Shown here in pieces: positions 32,636 to 42,613 of a DNA stretch of 64,000 nt; within the stretch, counting starts at the first letter, position 1; the number at the start of each line of letters is the position of its first letter. The DNA is taken from assembly GCA_965208905.1 (NCBI GenBank), contig OZ242365.1, forward strand, positions 1,440,001 through 1,504,000, in the 5' to 3' direction. The DNA is from Nitrosopumilaceae archaeon. Lineage in GTDB: Archaea > Thermoproteota > Nitrososphaeria > Nitrososphaerales > Nitrosopumilaceae. The translations under genes and the position numbers were made by a program. The notes below the pieces were generated by a model. That model was not told where the DNA came from. It ran no database searches and saw nothing but the letters and a program-made list of their open reading frames with translations.

Positions 32636-32890
32636 TATAGTTCGCTCCAAACACTCTATTCTCCATTTTATTTTTTTAATTTCCTCATCATAATTGTATG
32701 GTATTACACCCATGTTTTACGCGCCTTTTTCTTGTTTGTATTTTTAAGGAATTAGTTGGACTGTTCAGTGTATGGCGCCTAGAGTGGAATATACGGTAGG
32801 TCACAAACTTTCCAGTATACACCAGGTCACCATAACTTCCCAGTTCCTAATTTTTGGTATAGTTAAATACTAATTTTGTCACTACACAGT

Positions 32891-33064
32891 ATGCCAAAGT
32901 GGCCACCCGGTGCTACCGAGTTTAATGTCTCGGTAATACCCAACGTTCGATGCAACACCAGCTACAGCTACATACCAAAGCCTGTACTCAGCAGACTCGG
33001 TAATCCCAGCGGGCTAAAGTTTGTCTTCGACGGAAAAGACATTGTTGTGCGCTCGCGCGACTAG
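32891..33064 (+). CDS. Small AbrB/MazE-like DNA-binding protein, copy 1
   Basis: TEFNVSV...SYIPKPVLSRLGNPSGLKFVF swapped-hairpin-like pattern. Confidence 0.65.
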   Translation: MPKWPPGATEFNVSVIPNVRCNTSYSYIPKPVLSRLGNPSGLKFVFDGKDIVVRSRD

Positions 33065-33151
33065 CTGTATTGTGTATTTTTTATTGTTTTATGTAGTTCC
33101 GGGGGAACTAATTTTTGGTATGGTTAAATACTAATTTTGTCATTATACAAT

Positions 33152-33325
33152 ATGCCAAAGTGGCCACCCGGTGCTACCGAGTTTAATGTCTCGGTAATAC
33201 CCAACGTTCGATGCAACACCAGCTACAGCTACATACCAAAGCCTGTACTCAGCAGACTCGGTAATCCCAGCGGGCTAAAGTTTGTCTTCGACGGAAAAGA
33301 CATTGTTGTGCGCTCGCGCGACTAG
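33152..33325 (+). CDS. Small AbrB/MazE-like DNA-binding protein, copy 2
   Basis: Same protein as 32891-33064. Confidence 0.65.
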   Translation: MPKWPPGATEFNVSVIPNVRCNTSYSYIPKPVLSRLGNPSGLKFVFDGKDIVVRSRD

Positions 33326-33413
33326 CTGTATTGTGTATTTTTTATTGTTTTGTGTAGTTCCAAGGGGAACTAATTTTTAGCATAGATAAATACTAATTTT
33401 GTCATTATACAGT

Positions 33414-33482
33414 ATGCTAAAGTGGCCACCCGGTGCTACTAATTTTAATATCTCGGTAATGCCCAAGTTCAATACAACATAA
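33414..33482 (+). pseudogene. Truncated third AbrB-like copy
   Basis: MLKWPPGATNFNISVMPKFNTT*. Confidence 0.7.
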
Positions 33483-33570
33483 CATACACTACATATTATA
33501 TCGTTGAATTTTATACAATTTTCTAATTTTGTGTAAAAAGTTTATTGCCGTGTAGCATTACCACTGTACG

Positions 33571-34398
33571 ATGACAAACGTACTACAGGTTGAGCACCTC
33601 TCAAAGACATTTATGCGAAAGAGTTTATTCAAGAAGGCAACAGTGGTAAAGGCAGTGGATGATGTCTCCTTTGATCTCGTGGAGGGCGAGGTCTTGGTCA
33701 TTGCTGGAGAGTCAGGGTCTGGCAAGTCGACCATTGCAAAGATGATACTAGGCGCCATAGAGGCAGACACAGGTACAGTAAAACTTGATAACAGTATAAT
33801 ATCGTATGATAAAGAGTCGCGACGCATGATACAAAAGAGCTGTCAGATGGTACACCAAGATCCGTATGACTCTATAAATCCACGCATGCGCATTCAAGAT
33901 ATTGTTACTGAATCGCTTCAGATACACCATATTGGAGATGCCCAGTCCAGAAAGAGGTTAGCAGCCGAAGCTCTACAAGACGTCAAGATGAACCCGGATG
34001 ATGTCATGCAAAAGTATCCACATATGCTCTCAGGAGGCCAAAGACAGAGAGTAGTACTAGCCCGGGCTTTGACTGTAAAACCGCGAATAATAATAGCCGA
34101 TGAGCCCGTATCCATGTTGGACGTATCCATAAGGGCTGAGATGTTAGAGTTGATGAGGGACCTGCAGCAAAAACGAAGCATCTCGTTCATATACATAACT
34201 CATGATTTAGCTACAGCCAGACACTTTGGAAACCGCATCATCATACTATACAAGGGAGCCATAGTAGAGCATGGTGAGATAAGTCAGACTCTAGATAACC
34301 CCCAGCATCCATACACACAAGCTCTAATCTCGGCCATATCCGAACCGGACCCAAACAATAGACTGCGCCAGCGTCAAGTCATGCAATGGAACGGCTAG
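33571..34398 (+). CDS. Oligo/dipeptide ABC transporter ATP-binding subunit
   Basis: GESGSGKST, YPHMLSGGQRQR, IIADEPVSMLD, HPYT.AL. Confidence 0.95.
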   Translation: MTNVLQVEHLSKTFMRKSLFKKATVVKAVDDVSFDLVEGEVLVIAGESGSGKSTIAKMILGAIEADTGTVKLDNSIISYDKESRRMIQKSCQMVHQDPYDSINPRMRIQDIVTESLQIHHIGDAQSRKRLAAEALQDVKMNPDDVMQKYPHMLSGGQRQRVVLARALTVKPRIIIADEPVSMLDVSIRAEMLELMRDLQQKRSISFIYITHDLATARHFGNRIIILYKGAIVEHGEISQTLDNPQHPYTQALISAISEPDPNNRLRQRQVMQWNG

Positions 34399-37300
34399 GT
34401 CGATACTGCGCGAGCATGACTGTCCCGGTATGATACCACCTGTGAAATACCGTTCTTGGGATATACACCATATATCAGCGAGGCCTTCTTGACGACAAAC
34501 TCCTTTAGTGACACCATTATGAACTGACTGTTCTGGGAGCGTTCATACAGTATGTTTGCCAACCTCTCGGCGTTGGTGGCATCAAGGTGCGCATCGGCCT
34601 CATCAAATATGTAAAATGGCGATGGTTTGAGTTTTTGCAGTGCCAGTACAAATACAATGGCAGTCAGCGTCTTTTCACCACCACTCAGGGATGTAGATAC
34701 GCGTTTCTGCTTATCGGGGAACTGTACCATGTATCGTATGCCGGATCCAAATATGTCATCCTCATCCTCCAACTCAAGCCAGGCGTTACCGCCAGACATA
34801 CTACCGAATATGGACCGTATCTCAGTATCTACAACATCAAATGCGTCAAGATAAGTCTGTCGTTTATCCTTCTCAACGCCTTCAATGAATGCAACTATCC
34901 TGTTGCGCTCCAGCTCTAGTTTGTTCTTTCGCTCGGACATGGAACGATACCCCACAGATACCGAAGCGTATGAGACCGGTGCATTAGCGTTAAGCGGTGG
35001 CAGGCCATCTAGTTCGGCGCGAATTTTAGATATAATCGGTTCAGTGTCCACATCTACAGGTATGCTAAAAGTGTTAGGGGGCAGCGTATCGGTAATACGG
35101 GTGTGTTGATTTTCATACTCTAATACGTCTCTGTCTAGTGAATCCTGTTGACGTCTTAGAGTTGAGAGCTCTTCGGTCAGTTGTTTGTCGCGTGCCCTTA
35201 GGGGCTCAAGTGTGTCATCGCATTCTTTTACATACTTTGCAAAGTCGCCAGATGTCTGTATTATCTCTTGTTCTTTTTGTCTAAGCGATACGGTGGTGTT
35301 TTGTTTGTTAGAGAGCTCGGCGCGTAGCGGTCCTAGAGACTCTTGAAGTTTTTTGCCTTCGCGTATCAGTTTCAGCTGTTTTTTTGCCAGTGATACGCCA
35401 TCATGTACCAGAGTCGTACTGCGGGATTGTAGTGTCTGCCACTCTGCTTTAATCTTGGAATATTTGGTGTCCACATCTGTCTTTAAAGCCTCAAACTCTG
35501 CCTTGCGGTCACTCAATACATTTAGTTTGGCTGCAATCTCTTTGGTCGCATCTATGGGAACCTGTTCTTCCTCAAACGCTATCAGTTCTTTGACACGGTC
35601 CACCAAGACAGACAGCCTGTCTGACTTTGTCTTTTGGTGTGGCATGGCATAATGGTACTTTTGCAGTCGAGTCGATATCTCAGTTATGATTTTTTTGGTA
35701 TGATCAATGTGAGAGTTCAGGTTATTCAGACTTTGATCCTCGGCAGCCTTGTTCTGTAGCATTTTGGAGAGATTAGAGTCATTCTGAGATATCCTATCAG
35801 ATATAGTAGTTAGTTTCCGGGCGTATCTGTCGCGCAGTCTCTTTAGATACTTTATGGACCTCTGTAAATCCTCTATACCCGAAGATACAGATATCATCTT
35901 TGAAAGGTTGGCGACCGCAGAGCCACCATCAAGTATCACTGAACTGTTATGCCCCACGTACTCTCCATTTAGCGTTACGGCGCGTCCTCCATTCTGCGCA
36001 ACCTTACGGGCTGATGAGAGTGATTCGCACAATATAGCATCACCAAATAAAAAGTTCTTTAGAGGTGTGAATCTATCCTCGCACTGTATATACTGAGACA
36101 GTGTATTACCTCGGTGGGATTGTATCTGTACTATTGCAGAGAGGGGCAGTATACGTACTCGGGGCAGTTTCATGTGTCGCACAACAGATGCCACACTCAA
36201 CATGGTGTCAACATCTTCCACTACCAAAGCCTTGAGCCAGTCGGCTCCAGTAGCCATAATGGCTCTCTCGTACTTTGGACCCCAAGAGAGCAGCTCATAG
36301 GCCAATCCCAATACTCCAAGCTCGGGAGCATCCACCCGCAGACGACCCACCGAATAATCCTCATGCATTACACGGCGAGCCAAGTGTAGCTTGGTGTCAT
36401 ATCGACTTGTCACCTGATCGGCCGAGATTGTAAGTGCATCAATATCAGATATATTTTGTTTGAGGTTGTCGTGTTTCTTGTTTAATTCTTTTAATCTGTC
36501 TTGTGTACGTCTGATTCTAGAGTTGTTTTGGTCTATCCACAGTCTCAGACTGTCCCGGGCAGATATCATATCTGGCATACTCTGCTTTAGTTTATCCAGC
36601 CGTGCGTTGTCCAGTTGAGCCCTTTTGGTATAATCATTTATTGATGCAGATGCATCGTACAGAGCACGTTCATGTGTACTCAGTGTACCACGATACAACT
36701 TTAGCACACCCTCGGAGCGTGCCTTCTTTGAGGCCGCCTCGGACTGCCAGGCTAAAACGTCGGCGAGTCTTTGGTCTATATCATTTAGTTTATCTATTAT
36801 GGTCCCTTGCTGTTGATACAAAATAGCCATTGTATCATGAGTTGTTTGCATACTTTGACGTAAATCATAACGAGACGATATGACATCAGATATGCCTGTA
36901 CGTGTATCATGTAGGCTTTTTGTGTTGGATTTTATCTGGGATTCGGTGAGCTTTACTTTTAGTTCCACGTTTTGGGCCTCATTGACTGCCAGGCTCACCG
37001 CCGCAGCTATATCTGCCCGATTCTTTCTGTATGTGTCATCGTTGCCCAGATGCGTCTTTTTTTGCGCAGTTATGCGCTTAATCTCCTCTTGTATGTTGGA
37101 TTGTTCGGATGTGATATCTTTCATCTTGCCAGATAGTATGGCGGACTTTTGTGTGGCAGAGTCAATCTTGTCTTGCAGTGACCGTAGTCTTTGTAGTGAC
37201 TGGATTGTGGTGTAGTGTGTCAGTTCTTGATGTAGTATTTTAGATCGTATGATCTGATTTCGTTCTTCTTCCATCTCAAGTATACGGTCCTTGGTATCAT

Positions 37301-37892
37301 CCATCTTGGCCAATGCCACCTCTAAGCGTCGGTCAGCCTGTTCCAGCTGGGACTCAGCGGCGCTCTTCTTTTCATCAAAGTATGACAGGCCCACCAAGTC
37401 TTCGATCGTCTTTTGTCTCTCATCAGGACTCAGCTCAGATATTCGTTGTATGTAGCCTTGCTGTACATGATTGAATGCATTTGGGCTGGCATTGGCCACA
37501 TCTAGTATGTCTCTAATGCGACTTCGGGTGGTCTTTTGTTTGTTCATGTAGTAGGCGCTCTCACCATCCCCGTTGATGATTCGTGTTATTATCACCTTGT
37601 CAGAGTCCACCGGAATGCTTCTGTCAGTATTGTCTAGATGGACACTAGCTCTTGCCACCCGCGTACTGGTCCGGGAGCCTTCTTGGTCATTTACAACGGA
37701 CTTCATTGATGGTACACGCAGTACTCTTGGACTCTTTTCGCCCAAGGCAAAGACTATGGCATCCAGAATGCTGCTCTTTCCTGAACCGTTTGGGCCAGAT
37801 ATTGATACAAGTCCTGGTGACAGTTTCAATACAGTATTTTTAAAGCCAAACGATTTGAAGCCGTACAATTCGACCTTATCCATGTGAACCAT
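34395..37892 (-). CDS. smc: Chromosome segregation protein SMC
   Basis: GFKSF, GPNGSGKS, coiled coils around hinge, LSGGEK, FDEADAHLD. Confidence 0.95.
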   Translation of the reverse strand: MVHMDKVELYGFKSFGFKNTVLKLSPGLVSISGPNGSGKSSILDAIVFALGEKSPRVLRVPSMKSVVNDQEGSRTSTRVARASVHLDNTDRSIPVDSDKVIITRIINGDGESAYYMNKQKTTRSRIRDILDVANASPNAFNHVQQGYIQRISELSPDERQKTIEDLVGLSYFDEKKSAAESQLEQADRRLEVALAKMDDTKDRILEMEEERNQIIRSKILHQELTHYTTIQSLQRLRSLQDKIDSATQKSAILSGKMKDITSEQSNIQEEIKRITAQKKTHLGNDDTYRKNRADIAAAVSLAVNEAQNVELKVKLTESQIKSNTKSLHDTRTGISDVISSRYDLRQSMQTTHDTMAILYQQQGTIIDKLNDIDQRLADVLAWQSEAASKKARSEGVLKLYRGTLSTHERALYDASASINDYTKRAQLDNARLDKLKQSMPDMISARDSLRLWIDQNNSRIRRTQDRLKELNKKHDNLKQNISDIDALTISADQVTSRYDTKLHLARRVMHEDYSVGRLRVDAPELGVLGLAYELLSWGPKYERAIMATGADWLKALVVEDVDTMLSVASVVRHMKLPRVRILPLSAIVQIQSHRGNTLSQYIQCEDRFTPLKNFLFGDAILCESLSSARKVAQNGGRAVTLNGEYVGHNSSVILDGGSAVANLSKMISVSSGIEDLQRSIKYLKRLRDRYARKLTTISDRISQNDSNLSKMLQNKAAEDQSLNNLNSHIDHTKKIITEISTRLQKYHYAMPHQKTKSDRLSVLVDRVKELIAFEEEQVPIDATKEIAAKLNVLSDRKAEFEALKTDVDTKYSKIKAEWQTLQSRSTTLVHDGVSLAKKQLKLIREGKKLQESLGPLRAELSNKQNTTVSLRQKEQEIIQTSGDFAKYVKECDDTLEPLRARDKQLTEELSTLRRQQDSLDRDVLEYENQHTRITDTLPPNTFSIPVDVDTEPIISKIRAELDGLPPLNANAPVSYASVSVGYRSMSERKNKLELERNRIVAFIEGVEKDKRQTYLDAFDVVDTEIRSIFGSMSGGNAWLELEDEDDIFGSGIRYMVQFPDKQKRVSTSLSGGEKTLTAIVFVLALQKLKPSPFYIFDEADAHLDATNAERLANILYERSQNSQFIMVSLKEFVVKKASLIYGVYPKNGISQVVSYRDSHARAVST

Positions 37893-38038
37893 TCTACACT
37901 ATTACAATAACAAAACTAGTATATTAGACATTAACAGTATTTGGTTGTATCATGTATGGTATTGTGTAGATGTTTTAGTTGGAGTGTCATATGGTATAAT
38001 CAAAAGCCTGCTATATACAGCATTAAAGATATTTGTGA

Positions 38039-39148
38039 CTAGAGTGTATCATCATGTGATACGCCTACAAAGTCCTCACATGCCTTCTTGGCATCAGGGT
38101 CTGACATCTGCTGTATGGGGTGTTTCATTAGATATGCACTGGCCGGGACTATCGGACCTCCAACTCCTCGATTCAAGGCTATCTTGGCAAGGCGTATTGC
38201 ATCAATCACTATTCCGGCCGAGTTTGCCTTGTCATCCACATCAAGGCGCACCTCCATGTTGTATGGTATGTTTGCCCACTGGCGACCCTCTATGCGCATG
38301 AACATCAACTTTGTATTGCCCAGGAATGGTATAAAGTCAGACGGCCCTACGTATATGTCATCATCATCCAGGCGCTCATCCAGCTGGCTTTGGACACTCT
38401 CGGTCTTTGATATCTTTTTGGAGACTAATCTATCCTGCTCTTTCATGTTCAGAAAGTCGGTGTTACCGCCCACATTGATTTGGTATGTCCGGGTTATCTT
38501 TGTCCCCCTATCATTGCAGAGTCGTGCCAGGGTCCTGTGGACTATTGTAGCGCCCACCTGGCCCTTTATGTCATCTCCTATTACAGGGATGTTCTTCTCC
38601 TGAAACTTTGCCGCCCATGTATTATCAGATGCTATAAACGAGGGTATGCAGTTTACAAACGCCACATCAGCATCAAGACATATCTGAGCCCAGAACTTTG
38701 TCGCCTCATCAGAGCCCACAGGCAGATATGACACTATAATCTCTGTGTTGGTCTCTTTTAGTATCTGTAATATTTCATCACGTAGTTGTTCGATGGTCTT
38801 GTCAGAGGATATGGGCTTGATACGGTTGGCTACCCATATTCCGACACCATCTAGTGCGGGACTCTCATATATCAGAGCATCTGTTTTAGGCATGGTATCT
38901 TTGTCAATCCAGTCCACCATGTTGGGGTACGCGTATATGGCCTCATTGATGGTGCGTCCCACCTTGTTCTCACCCACATCAAAACCACAGACAAAGTCAA
39001 TGTCATGTATGCCATATCCCGCTAGTTTGGGATGTATTATGCCGATTACCTGCTGGTCCTGGTTGCGCCTATAGTATTCGATACCCTGTATCAGACCAGA
39101 GAAGCAGTTTCCTATGCCCACAAGTCCAACTCGAATTCGCTCTGACAA
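38039..39148 (-). CDS. ino1: myo-Inositol-1-phosphate synthase
   Basis: GIGNC, YLPVGS, GDDIK.QVGATI.HR, NVGGNTDFLNM, SKKISKT. Confidence 0.96.
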   Translation of the reverse strand: MSERIRVGLVGIGNCFSGLIQGIEYYRRNQDQQVIGIIHPKLAGYGIHDIDFVCGFDVGENKVGRTINEAIYAYPNMVDWIDKDTMPKTDALIYESPALDGVGIWVANRIKPISSDKTIEQLRDEILQILKETNTEIIVSYLPVGSDEATKFWAQICLDADVAFVNCIPSFIASDNTWAAKFQEKNIPVIGDDIKGQVGATIVHRTLARLCNDRGTKITRTYQINVGGNTDFLNMKEQDRLVSKKISKTESVQSQLDERLDDDDIYVGPSDFIPFLGNTKLMFMRIEGRQWANIPYNMEVRLDVDDKANSAGIVIDAIRLAKIALNRGVGGPIVPASAYLMKHPIQQMSDPDAKKACEDFVGVSHDDTL

Positions 39149-39249
39149 TTACTATGTATCTTCGGGCTCCCGTTTATAGGTTTAATTCTGGGATGTTCTG
39201 TTGCATCTTCGGAATCTTGGGGTCGGGGAGAATACGATGTTGATACAAG

Positions 39250-39645
39250 TCATGGTGCCCGGTATCCCATTTTCAACATCAGCTCGCCAACAGTCTTTGC
39301 AACGCGGGAACACATAGATTTTACTGAATTTGGGTCCAAATTGGACTCGTAGAAATTCCGATGTAGTGTGCTTGCGGATGAAAAGGAATTAGAAATTTCT
39401 TTGTTGTGTTCCTGTTTGGATAACATTTCGGCAAACGTTCCTAGTTCTCGATGGCTATTGATATCTTTCTTCTTTTTTGCAGCAACAGCTTTGAGGGCGC
39501 AGGACATAGTACCCCACATCATCTCGCTGGCTTTGTGGTAATCCTTTGACTTTAGATATTTTTCTGCATTATGGCTATAGTGCAAAACCATGCTTGCGTA
39601 CTTGTCCGCCGCGCTTTTCGCGGCATCAATTCGGGCAGACACCAT
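39250..39645 (-). CDS. PaREP1-family (HEPN-like) protein
   Basis: A..YL...DY.KASE..WG....LKA.A...SHREL...A..LH.NFYE. Confidence 0.85.
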   Translation of the reverse strand: MVSARIDAAKSAADKYASMVLHYSHNAEKYLKSKDYHKASEMMWGTMSCALKAVAAKKKKDINSHRELGTFAEMLSKQEHNKEISNSFSSASTLHRNFYESNLDPNSVKSMCSRVAKTVGELMLKMGYRAP

Positions 39646-39868
39646 TAATCATCCTCATCTATGTCATCCACATCTATGTTGGCATATCCGATAATCTTTC
39701 CAGAGCTTGCATTAACTTTTATCTCTTTTAGATGCTGGCTCAAAAAACCAACATCAAATACAAGATGCCACCATGCAGACTTGAGGACTCTAGATTCATT
39801 GTGTCGTGACGCCCCTCGAGAAATTCCTCTGCCTTTTGTATTGCGTCTTCCATGTCATACTCTGTCAT
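39645..39868 (-). pseudogene. Frameshifted PepSY-like small protein coupled to PaREP1
   Basis: MTEYDMEDAIQKAEEFL...SSL [frameshift] WWHLVFDVG...EIKVNASSGKIIGY...DEDD*; stop overlaps the PaREP1 start (TAATG). Confidence 0.55.
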
Positions 39869-40151
39869 AAGTTAAACCGTATGATCATGTGATAAATCCT
39901 TTGCGCAGATAGGTTACTTTGCAAGGGTGGGTGGAGAGTCAAGAAGATTGCCTCTACGATCTTAAATAGTCCATCTGATCAGGACAGGTATGGGACGCAG
40001 GAAACCCCGGAAAGGTAGGGCATCAGAGCAGTGTATAACGCGCCTGGGCTCTACATCTAGGTACTTTGGTCCAAGATATGTCGTTGTAGAGTGCACGTGA
40101 GCGCATACACCAAGTTCATAGTCTTGCCATCCAAGAGTATCATTTCATACA

Positions 40152-41252
40152 TCAAGATAGCAGTTTAGCCAGCAATGAATCAAACTCAGACTCATCCAAT
40201 GGTGGCAATTTCATCACTTCTAGATTCTCATCTACGTGATCAGGGCTTTTGTGACCCGCCAGGGGGGCCAGTACTCCAGGAGTTGATCTTATAAACTGCA
40301 GGGATCTAACACTGGGTTTGCCGTATCCAAAGTCTGGCAGTACGCCCGGAGATAGTAGTTTTCCCTGCATGAATGGCACGCTGGTAAAGACACCCACATT
40401 CAGTGTTTTAACTGCCTGCAGGAATGGAACCATATTACCTTGGACTGTCTGTGTGGGGGTGCGCAGTGCTTGATCAAAATACATGTTATATGGCAGTTGT
40501 ACAAATCGTAGACCATGGTTTTTTCCGCCTACTTTTGTTGCCATCTCTAAAATCGACTCTAAATTAAGATAGTTTGGGTCTTTGGAGTCTACACGAAAAC
40601 TCTCCCAAGTTGCCAAGCCATAGTATCGTATGCGGCCCTCTGCACGCTGTGTCTCATACCACTCCATTATACTCAACAGTTGACGCATTATATCTTCCCG
40701 CGCAACATCCTGATGTTGGCTCTCCATCAGGTTATGCAAGTACAGCAGGTCTATACAGTCAACATCAAGATTTTTGAGGCTACTACACAATTGACTCTCC
40801 AAAAACGATATCTCCATGCAGTGATATTGGGAAGATATACCGTTTTCGTGTATTATGCCCTTGTTGGTGTACTGCTGCTTTACATATTGCCAAAAATCCA
40901 TCTGTACATCAGCATCATTTGTCACATAGCCACCCTTTGTGCAGACAAATACCGAGTCTCTAGATAGGGCATCATCCTCATCTAGACTATGCAAGGCTTT
41001 ACCCAATGCTCTCTCGGCCTTTTGAGATCTATAGTTTATGGCAGTATCAAAGACATTCACACCCGCAGAGACAGAGTCCTTAACGGCCTGTATCACCATC
41101 TTGTCGGTGGCATCATCAGCATCACCAAGATACATTCCCATCCCTACGTTTGATAGGTACATGTCATCAAATTTGACGTAGTTGGAGATATGGCGAGCGT
41201 GTCTCTGTACAAATCTTTGTGTTCCCGCCATGGTGGCATATCCTCTCAGCAT
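40152..41252 (-). CDS. Aldo/keto reductase
   Basis: GMGMYLG, GVNVFDTAINYR..KAE, TKGG, SLKNL...IDLLYLHN, G.IRYYG.A. Confidence 0.92.
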   Translation of the reverse strand: MLRGYATMAGTQRFVQRHARHISNYVKFDDMYLSNVGMGMYLGDADDATDKMVIQAVKDSVSAGVNVFDTAINYRSQKAERALGKALHSLDEDDALSRDSVFVCTKGGYVTNDADVQMDFWQYVKQQYTNKGIIHENGISSQYHCMEISFLESQLCSSLKNLDVDCIDLLYLHNLMESQHQDVAREDIMRQLLSIMEWYETQRAEGRIRYYGLATWESFRVDSKDPNYLNLESILEMATKVGGKNHGLRFVQLPYNMYFDQALRTPTQTVQGNMVPFLQAVKTLNVGVFTSVPFMQGKLLSPGVLPDFGYGKPSVRSLQFIRSTPGVLAPLAGHKSPDHVDENLEVMKLPPLDESEFDSLLAKLLS

Positions 41253-41452
41253 TATACGATACAGATTATACACCATACATAAGCGTTTGAGGAATAGTAT
41301 ACAGTTTGAGATTGTCAATGATTTTGTATCGTATGGGGCAAGTCAGGTTTGCTACACAGGTACACATCATTGGCATGTGTTAGTTGTAAGAGACTAGTAG
41401 AATTTCAAGTTGTATGTGCAAGGATTGATCAAGGTGCACGTAAGATACTTGG

Positions 41453-42496
41453 TGTATTATGTCGAAATTATTTCGCCTAGTCATCGGTGTCCCTCTCCAT
41501 CCATTCTAAGTCACTCTTCCTGACATCATCTGGTACTTTTTTGTTGTGAAATGCCTGTAGCGGGGTCTCGCCATTGTTTATGTCTAAAGACCAGTGCAGT
41601 CGCACCTCGTTGTAGTACGCGACAAACTCCGCTAGGCTGCCAAAATGACATAGTTCTTCTTCCAAGGTGCGGTGGAACCGTTCAAGCTTGCCGTTTGTTT
41701 GTGGGTGGTAGGGGCGGGTGTTGATCAACTCAATACCCCGGTCAAGCAGCTCTGCCTCAAATATAGTGGGGGTCCATGATTTTGCAGGAATCTTTCTTCT
41801 CACACCCACAAAGCACGATCCGTTGTCGGAGAGTATGGTGGCCGGGGTTCCAAACTCAACAATGCTATTTTGCAGGACTGTTACCGCGTTCTCGGATGTG
41901 GCCCCCTTGAATATCATGGCTCCAACCACACATCTTGACGCATCATCAAGATATGTGATTAATTGGTAGCCTTGAAAACGTGGATCTTTCATCGCATGCC
42001 AGTCCGTATGCCACATCGCATTGGAGTATCTGCGCTCATAGCGTATCCATTTACGCCTGCGCGATTTTGCTGCAGATAGAGTGACCATATTGTTTTCTTT
42101 CATGATTGTGTATACCGTTTTTTCACTTATTTGTATGCCCTTGTGATTTAAGTACTTGGTGATCCTTGTGACGCCTGCTGGCATTATACGATGTGCTGCT
42201 AGTACGACGTTGGTTTGCTCCTCGGTGGGAGGAATCTTGGGTCTGCCTGGCATTTGTAGTGTGGGAATCTTGCCCGTTGCACGATACATTGCCCAGAGTT
42301 GTTGTACGCGTCTCTGGCTAATCTTCATCTCTGTAGCAATGTGTGATGTACTACTACCTTTCCTGCATTGTCGAATGATATAATCTATCTGCTTCTGTGT
42401 CAGATTGACTCTCATGGGTTTGCGTGATCTATATAGACTAAAATATTCTTTGGTTGGCAGTCTAAAGTTAGGGCGAACTAATTTCCGCACAATAGA
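41453..42496 (-). mobile_element. IS481-family IS (copy A), 16-bp target duplication
   Basis: cacgtaagatacttgg at 41437-41452 and 42497-42512; imperfect 25-bp ends tgtattatgtcgaaattatttcgcc / tctattgtgcggaaattagttcgcc. Confidence 0.9.
41477..42460 (-). CDS. IS481-family transposase
   Basis: RYER...N.MWHTDW, DDASR, ILSDNG, RPYHPQTNGKLERFH, YNEVRLH.SL. Start uncertain. Confidence 0.93.
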   Translation of the reverse strand: MPTKEYFSLYRSRKPMRVNLTQKQIDYIIRQCRKGSSTSHIATEMKISQRRVQQLWAMYRATGKIPTLQMPGRPKIPPTEEQTNVVLAAHRIMPAGVTRITKYLNHKGIQISEKTVYTIMKENNMVTLSAAKSRRRKWIRYERRYSNAMWHTDWHAMKDPRFQGYQLITYLDDASRCVVGAMIFKGATSENAVTVLQNSIVEFGTPATILSDNGSCFVGVRRKIPAKSWTPTIFEAELLDRGIELINTRPYHPQTNGKLERFHRTLEEELCHFGSLAEFVAYYNEVRLHWSLDINNGETPLQAFHNKKVPDDVRKSDLEWMERDTDD

Positions 42497-42613
42497 CACG
42501 TAAGATACTTGGGCATACGCTCACACCAACTTTATGATATGTAATATATGCAAGTAGAATACCTGCGAATAACCACATAGTTAGTGTTATATGGGATTTA
42601 ATTGCCCGGCAAA

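Larger units (their letters stand above)
31422..32713 (-). pseudogene. 59-aa helical passenger ORF split by IS630
   Basis: Removing the IS and one TA restores MGVIPYNYDEEIKKIKWRIECLERTIVDCETHEMYDMGTILRDKKVELEKDLDDLEKLR*. Confidence 0.65.
31027..32847. mobile_element. Non-autonomous IS1595-like cassette with two small passenger ORFs (later hit by IS630)
   Basis: taattttt duplicated at 31019-31026 and 32848-32855. About 47-bp inverted ends ggggctgggaagatacggtgacctggtgtatactggaaagtttgtgac. Inner 17-bp inverted repeat gccatacactgaacagt. Confidence 0.8.
32848..33482 (+). repeat. Tandem ~261-bp direct repeat, two full units plus a decayed third
   Basis: Units start at 32848, 33109 and 33371; coding parts of units 1 and 2 encode the same protein. 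Confidence 0.95.
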
